Shown in pieces: positions 58,986-64,000 of a stretch of DNA of 64,000 bases. Source of the stretch: Nitrospirota bacterium (GTDB taxonomy: Bacteria > Nitrospirota > UBA9217). The stretch's first letter is position 1, and every line of letters starts with the position of its first letter. The notes beneath the pieces are model-generated. The model ran no database searches and was not told the DNA's origin. It saw nothing but the letters and a program-made list of their open reading frames with translations. The translations under genes and the position numbers were made by a program. The stretch spans positions 224,001-288,000 of the forward strand of contig CAWIYV010000007.1 of the NCBI GenBank assembly GCA_963840455.1. The letters run 5' to 3'.

Positions 58986-59372
58986 ATGATAACGATCACT
59001 GATGTGGCAGCAGACAAGATCAAGGAGATCCTTAAGGCAGAGGGCATGCCCCAGGCGGGTCTTCGGGTGTTCACGGGCGGCGGCGGCTGCGGCTGCAGCG
59101 GACCGCAGTTCGAGATCGCCATCGACGACAAGGCCGGTGACGGCGACACGGTGGTCGAGAACAAGGGAGCCAAGCTCTATGTGGACGCCGAGACCGCCGG
59201 CAAACTGGGAAGTGCCGAGCTCGGGTTCATTTCCGACGAGCGCGGAGAGGGCTTCGTGATCGGGTTCCCGAACGGCGCGCCCCAGGGCGGCAGCTGCGGC
59301 TGCGGTCCCGAAGGCGGCCCCGCGGAAGGCGGCTGCGGGTCCGGTTCCGGCGGCGGCTGCGCCTGCGGGTAG
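58986..59372 (+). CDS. HesB/IscA/ErpA-like Fe-S carrier with Cys/Gly-rich tail
   Basis: ITITDVAA, LRVF.GGGGCGCSG, KLYVD, GF...PN..GSCGCG. Confidence 0.8.
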   Translation: MITITDVAADKIKEILKAEGMPQAGLRVFTGGGGCGCSGPQFEIAIDDKAGDGDTVVENKGAKLYVDAETAGKLGSAELGFISDERGEGFVIGFPNGAPQGGSCGCGPEGGPAEGGCGSGSGGGCACG

Positions 59373-59386
59373 AAATCGCCCGGATC

Positions 59387-59488
59387 TTTGAACCGCGAGA
59401 CGCAAAGGTCGCGAAGGAAGTCCAGGGACCGTCGTCGCAGGTGGTCGGATCGGGCAGTCCTTTGCGGTCTTCGCGTCTTCGCGGTTGA
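59387..59488. repeat. Periodic palindromic intergenic element (cgcNaag family)
   Basis: tttgaaccgcgagacgcaaaggtcgcgaag ... ctttgcggtcttcgcgtcttcgcggttga. Confidence 0.72.
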
Positions 59489-59518
59489 TTTGTTTATGAT
59501 GTAGATCGAGGTGACCTC

Positions 59519-60493
59519 ATGTATTTTCCCCAGTACCGCCCCCGCAGACTGCGGGCCAACGAGACCATCCGGCGCATGGTGCGTGAGACCACGCTCTTGC
59601 CCGACAACTTCATCTATCCCCTGTTCGTGACCCACGGCAAGGGCGTGAAGAAGGAGATCAGTTCCATGCCGGGCAACTACCAGCAGTCCATCGACAATCT
59701 CGTGAAGGACTGCGAAGAAGTGTACGGCCTTGGCATCCCTGCTGTGATCCTGTTCGGCATCCCGGAGAAGAAGGACGAACTGGGGACTGAGGCGTACTCC
59801 GACGAGGGGATCGTCCAGCACGCGATCAAGGCGATCAAGAACAAGCTGCCCGACCTTATGGTGATCACCGACGTCTGCATGTGCGAGTACACCAGCCACG
59901 GACATTGCGGCGTCATCAAGAACGGGGTCGTGCAGAACGACGCGACGCTGGAACTGCTCGCGAAGGAAGCGCTCTCCCATGCGAAGGCCGGCGCGGACAT
60001 GGTCGCCCCGTCGGACATGATGGACGGCCGCGTTGCGGCCATCCGCGACATCCTGGACGACGAGGGGTTCGAGAACACCCCCATCATGTCCTATGCAGCG
60101 AAATACGCGTCCGGCTTCTACGGACCGTTCCGCGAGGCAGCGGAATCCACACCCCAGTTCGGCGACCGGCGTTCGTACCAGATGGACCCGCCGAACAGCC
60201 GCGAGGCGCTGCGCGAAGTGGAACTTGACATCGAGGAAGGCGCCGACATCGTCATGGTAAAACCCGCCCTGTCGTATCTGGACATCATTTCCCAGGTCAA
60301 GCAGGAGTTCAATATGCCGGTGGCGGCGTACAACGTGAGCGGCGAGTTCTCCATGGTCAAGGCCGCGGCCAATCTCGGCTGGATCGACGGCGACCGGGTC
60401 ATGATGGAGGTCCTTACGTCCATCAAACGCGCAGGCGCGGATATGATCCTGACCTATCACGCCAAGGAAGCGGCATCGCTCCTGAATCGGTAA
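59519..60493 (+). CDS. hemB: Porphobilinogen synthase (Zn-type Cys site)
   Basis: [33 protein letters not shown] and YNVSGE motifs. Confidence 0.96.
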   Translation: MYFPQYRPRRLRANETIRRMVRETTLLPDNFIYPLFVTHGKGVKKEISSMPGNYQQSIDNLVKDCEEVYGLGIPAVILFGIPEKKDELGTEAYSDEGIVQHAIKAIKNKLPDLMVITDVCMCEYTSHGHCGVIKNGVVQNDATLELLAKEALSHAKAGADMVAPSDMMDGRVAAIRDILDDEGFENTPIMSYAAKYASGFYGPFREAAESTPQFGDRRSYQMDPPNSREALREVELDIEEGADIVMVKPALSYLDIISQVKQEFNMPVAAYNVSGEFSMVKAAANLGWIDGDRVMMEVLTSIKRAGADMILTYHAKEAASLLNR

Positions 60494-60766
60494 TCACTGA
60501 CTGCGCAAACTTTCGTCCCTCCTTATCAAATCCCAGCCTTTCTTTCCGCATCATTCTGCAAAATAATGTCTAATAAGAAATAATAGTGCGCTCTACGAAT
60601 TTCTTCCTATTGATTTCCACTGAAAATCGGCTATCCTTACCACTAACAACGATCGGATCAGTTCATCCCGCATATGCAGATGACCGTTCTACGGTCGTGT
60701 TCCTCGTTGCTGTTTCACTGAAGGCCGCATGGCCCTCAGACTCTCATAGAAAGGAGGTAGTGAAGC

Positions 60767-62599
60767 ATGTTAAGATTTCACGGCGGACAATCTGTCGGAA
60801 AGGGAACCTACTGGGATCTGTCCAACGGCGAGATGATCGATGCTCACCGGACCACGGCGTTGCCGGGCGGCGAAGACACACATTACATGAAGCTCCCGGT
60901 CGCGGGCGTGTTCATCGCGGGGCCGCTCGCAGGCCTGCTGTTCACCTGCGTCATCCCGTTCCTGTTCCTGCTCGTCACCCTGTTGTTCCTGCCCCGCACC
61001 ATGCACGCTTCCGAGGCGGTCATCTCGGAAGAGGCCAAGGCCTGCCTGGGCTGCCATGCGACGCCCGGCATGTCAACGACCTTCCGGGACAAGAGCACGC
61101 TCTCGGTACACGTGTCCGAGAGCCACTTCCAGAACACGGTCCATGGTTTCCTTGCCTGTACGGGCTGCCACAGCGATGTTTCCCTGGACACACACCCCGC
61201 CTCGCAGTACGCGAGTAAACGGGAATTCGTGCTCCATGTCGCTGAAGCGTGCAAGTCATGCCATGCCGATGAACAGCTGACGGCCAACCCGATCCACCAG
61301 AAGGCCATCACGAAAGCGAACGCGCCGCCCTGTTCAGATTGCCATGGTTCCCATTCCATCAGAAAAGTCCCCACCCAGAAAGAAAAGCTCACTACCACTC
61401 AGTACTGCCTCACCTGCCACAAACAGCAGCTCAGCCTTTCCATCAACGGAAAAATGCTCTCACTCGCCATCAGCGAAGCGGGCCTCCGTCACTCGGTCCA
61501 CAAAGGGCACGGGTGTACCGACTGTCACATCCATTTTTCGAAGCAGGACCATCCGAACCGCCAGTTCACCAGTATTCGCGAAGTATCGATCGCCGGTGCG
61601 GAAGCCTGCAAACGATGCCATCTGGACAAGGCGGCCCAGCACCGCGGGAGCGTTCACTTCGACCTGCTCACCAAGGGCAACCGCAATGCCCCCGTATGTT
61701 CCGATTGCCATGGCAGCCATGCTGTGGGCCCCAAGGCCCTGGCGCAGACCATGGAAGGGGTGCCCTGCAAGAAGTGCCACAGCGAGATCTTTGCGGCATA
61801 CCAGGGCAGCGTGCACGGCAAGGCAAGGATGAAGGAGGGCACGGGGGCCCCGATCTGCTCCTCCTGTCACTTTGCCCATGACGTGAAGGCCGCACAGGCG
61901 TCCCGATCGCCGAAGGGTGTCTGCCTTGGATGCCACTCAAAGGTCCTGGCAGCGCACAAGGAATGGCTCCCGAACGCCGAAGCGCATTTTGACTCGGTGT
62001 CCTGCACGGTGTGCCACGTTTCCGGTGAGTACAAACGCAGCATCTACCTGCGTCTCACCGACGGCGCGTCGGGCGACATGATATCCGATTCCGCCATGCG
62101 GGGGGCCATGAAGGACCCGGCTAGGGGACCGGCTAATTCCCGAAATACCCGCCTAGATCCCGAGCAGCTCTGGAAGATCTACCGGGAACTGAACGCCCGG
62201 GAACAGAAGGTGAAGATGTCCGGTACCGTGGGCCTCAACGACAGCCATGACGCACATTATCTTGTCCCGAAGGGCAGCGCGGTACGCCAGTGCGAATGGT
62301 GCCATACGGCCAATGCCGAGTTCTTCTCCTCCATCTCGCTGGCGGTCAAGGGTGTTGACGGCAGGGAAACGTTCTACAACGTGGACTCCGCAGCGCTCGG
62401 ATCGATGTTCGTCATGCTGCCCTTGAACCAGTTCTACGCCATCGGCAGCATGCGGCAGCAGGTCTTCGATGTCATGGGAGCACTCATGATCATGGGAGGC
62501 CTTGCTGTGCCGGTGCTCCACGGGGGCATCAGGATGCTGACCGCCCGATCCCGTAGAGCGAGGCATCAGGCCGGGCCGGGAAGGGGGACAAGGCCATGA
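60767..62599 (+). CDS. 13-heme cytochrome c with N-terminal extension and C-terminal TM anchor
   Basis: 13 CxxCH motifs counted (CLGCH ... CEWCH); AGGAGGT RBS; C-terminal TM containing LHG. Confidence 0.88.
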   Translation: MLRFHGGQSVGKGTYWDLSNGEMIDAHRTTALPGGEDTHYMKLPVAGVFIAGPLAGLLFTCVIPFLFLLVTLLFLPRTMHASEAVISEEAKACLGCHATPGMSTTFRDKSTLSVHVSESHFQNTVHGFLACTGCHSDVSLDTHPASQYASKREFVLHVAEACKSCHADEQLTANPIHQKAITKANAPPCSDCHGSHSIRKVPTQKEKLTTTQYCLTCHKQQLSLSINGKMLSLAISEAGLRHSVHKGHGCTDCHIHFSKQDHPNRQFTSIREVSIAGAEACKRCHLDKAAQHRGSVHFDLLTKGNRNAPVCSDCHGSHAVGPKALAQTMEGVPCKKCHSEIFAAYQGSVHGKARMKEGTGAPICSSCHFAHDVKAAQASRSPKGVCLGCHSKVLAAHKEWLPNAEAHFDSVSCTVCHVSGEYKRSIYLRLTDGASGDMISDSAMRGAMKDPARGPANSRNTRLDPEQLWKIYRELNAREQKVKMSGTVGLNDSHDAHYLVPKGSAVRQCEWCHTANAEFFSSISLAVKGVDGRETFYNVDSAALGSMFVMLPLNQFYAIGSMRQQVFDVMGALMIMGGLAVPVLHGGIRMLTARSRRARHQAGPGRGTRP

Positions 62600-63225
62600 A
62601 CCAGATATATCTTCACGCGCTGCCGGTACGGGTCTGGCACTGGATCAACGCCGGCAGTTTCTTCGCCCTGATCGCGACCGGGATACAGATCCGGTACCGG
62701 GATGCCATCCATCTGACGTCGTTCAAGACGGCCGTCGACGTGCATAACTTCTTCGGCTTCGCGCTGATCCTGAACTTCTGCCTGTGGGCGGTGTACTACC
62801 TGCTCTCGGGGAAGCTCAAGGTCTACCTCCCGGACCCCAACCTCAAGAACTTCATCCGGGGCAGTATCCGCCAGGCGCGGTACTATGCCTACGGGATATT
62901 CGTCGGGGAGCCGAACCCCCACCATGCAACGCCGGACAGCAAGTTCAATCCCATGCAGCAGGTCGCATACTTCAACATCATGCTCCTGTTCATGCCCATG
63001 CAGATCGCAACGGGATTGATGCTGTGGGACATCAAGCTGTTCAGCGGCGGCATAGCCTTTGCCGGCGGGCTCAAGATGGTGGATATGGTCCATTTGTTCC
63101 TGTCCATCTTCTTCACGGCCTTCCTGTTCGTTCACATCTACCTGGCGACCCTCGGCCATACGCCCTGGACGCACATCAAGGCGATGTTCACGGGCTATGA
63201 GGAGGAGCCGGAAAGCGCGCATTAA
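62596..63225 (+). CDS. Cytochrome b subunit (hydrogenase/FdnI-like b-type)
   Basis: RVWHWINA, VDVHN, KFNPMQQVAY, MVHLFL..FVHIYL and MFTG motifs; 4-nt overlap with the upstream gene. Confidence 0.88.
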   Translation: MNQIYLHALPVRVWHWINAGSFFALIATGIQIRYRDAIHLTSFKTAVDVHNFFGFALILNFCLWAVYYLLSGKLKVYLPDPNLKNFIRGSIRQARYYAYGIFVGEPNPHHATPDSKFNPMQQVAYFNIMLLFMPMQIATGLMLWDIKLFSGGIAFAGGLKMVDMVHLFLSIFFTAFLFVHIYLATLGHTPWTHIKAMFTGYEEEPESAH

Positions 63226-63243
63226 AGGCGTTTCCCTTCGTGA

Positions 63244-63279
63244 GGGGAGGAGCGGGACACCGCTCCTCCCCATTTTTTT
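63244..63279 (+). terminator. Rho-independent terminator
   Basis: 12-bp stem ggggaggagcgg/ccgctcctcccc, then A and a T7 run. Confidence 0.85.
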
Positions 63280-63436
63280 GCATCAGCCGTCAGATAGTCC
63301 GCCTGCATCGAGGCCACAGCCCTGCCTTCCCCGATACCTGTTTTTCCTCCTGCCGCGACAAGCCGCTTGCAACAAGGATGATTCCTATGCTAATCTATCA
63401 TCAATACAACTTCATGCCGGAAGGAGCGTGGGAACT

Positions 63437-63718
63437 ATGGCGGAAAAAGATATCATGCAGGAGATCGAGGAGCTGCGGAAGCAGCTGCAGTCGCTTTCAG
63501 CGGCCCGGGGGCCGGCTGCACCGCAGGAGCAACCGCTGCAGGAGCCGGCCGCCGAGGCTGGGGGCGAGGCCGGGGCCTGGCTCCGGGACATTATCAAACA
63601 GACCGAGGAGCTGATCGGCGGTCTGGACCTGCACTTCAAGGAGGTCCCGGCGAAGACGGCGCTCGTGATCTTTGCGCTCGGCGTGCTGACGGGCAGACTC
63701 CTCAGCAGGAGGGGGTAA
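63437..63718 (+). CDS. Small DUF883/ElaB-like C-tail-anchored protein
   Basis: Coiled N-terminus; C-terminal P.KTALVIFALGVLTGRLLSRR; precedes a YqjE-like gene. Confidence 0.6.
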   Translation: MAEKDIMQEIEELRKQLQSLSAARGPAAPQEQPLQEPAAEAGGEAGAWLRDIIKQTEELIGGLDLHFKEVPAKTALVIFALGVLTGRLLSRRG

Positions 63719-63722
63719 GGTC

Positions 63723-64000
63723 ATGGATGAGCTCGTAGTGAAACTGCGCCTTCTGGCCAAGGCGGAACTGATCCTGCTGCGCCTCCACCTCCGCCGCACG
63801 GTCAAACAGGCGGTGTTCTATATCGTTGCCGCGCTCCTGGCAGTACTGGCCGTAGGTATGCTGAACGTCGCGCTCTATCTGTACCTATCGCCGCCGCTCG
63901 AAAGCGCGCGTGCGGCGCTCGTCGTCGCCCTGGTGGATATCGTACTGGCAGCCGTCGTGATCACTGCTGCCGGCCGGATGCTTCTCGGTCCCGAAGCGGA
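63723..64000 (+). CDS. YqjE/phage-holin-family membrane protein (3' end lies outside the window)
   Basis: MDELVVKLRLLAKAELILLRLHLRR followed by two TM segments; open to the window end. Confidence 0.6.
   Translation, partial: MDELVVKLRLLAKAELILLRLHLRRTVKQAVFYIVAALLAVLAVGMLNVALYLYLSPPLESARAALVVALVDIVLAAVVITAAGRMLLGPEA

Noticed and set aside
60586-60766. Structured leader or riboswitch before the 13-heme cytochrome
   Set aside because: Only a small hairpin (gaccgt-tct-acggtc); no recognisable aptamer.
136-63805. Numerous long overlapping and antisense ORFs in the track
   Set aside because: Typical shadow ORFs of GC-rich coding DNA; they overlap well-supported genes and lack motifs.

Overview
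GC-rich (about 60%) chromosomal DNA from an anaerobic, cytochrome-rich bacterium. Gene content suggests Nitrospirota (Thermodesulfovibrionia-like) or a Geobacter-like Desulfobacterota; this is inference. Left to right: (1) TauE/DUF1634/SulP anion transport genes and a six-gene Hyf-like complex whose large subunit lacks the NiFe ligands (Ehr type). (2) A housekeeping block: NlpC/P60, TIGR01212 radical SAM, PHP, TPR, MltD, QueE, RqcH/NFACT, Ppx and a sigma54 regulator. (3) A low-GC decaying Geobacter-type short-pilin locus with an ISL3 insertion (8-bp TSD, -1 frameshifted transposase). (4) Three tandem c7-type triheme cytochromes. (5) A thioredoxin-like/AmrS/archease/RtcB cluster. (6) A YbhGFSR-like ABC exporter. 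(7) A roughly 14-kb nitrite/NO island: two convergent norCB operons, NrfHA, hemerythrin, protoglobin-PsiE, CBS+HPP, a selenocysteine peroxiredoxin missed by the ORF track, a NapH-like protein, a cyt c-CopD-cyt b5 fusion and a cyt c'-like protein. Two of its promoters share a TATGAC-N4-RTCATA site at -41.5. (8) A ccs-hemA-hemC-cobA/hemD-hesB-hemB operon. (9) A 13-heme cytochrome with a cytochrome b partner. Intergenic DNA carries a four-copy ~115-bp palindromic element and many periodic, sometimes nested, palindromic spacers. No rRNA, tRNA or CRISPR array was recognised. All family calls come from motif recognition by eye, not database searches.
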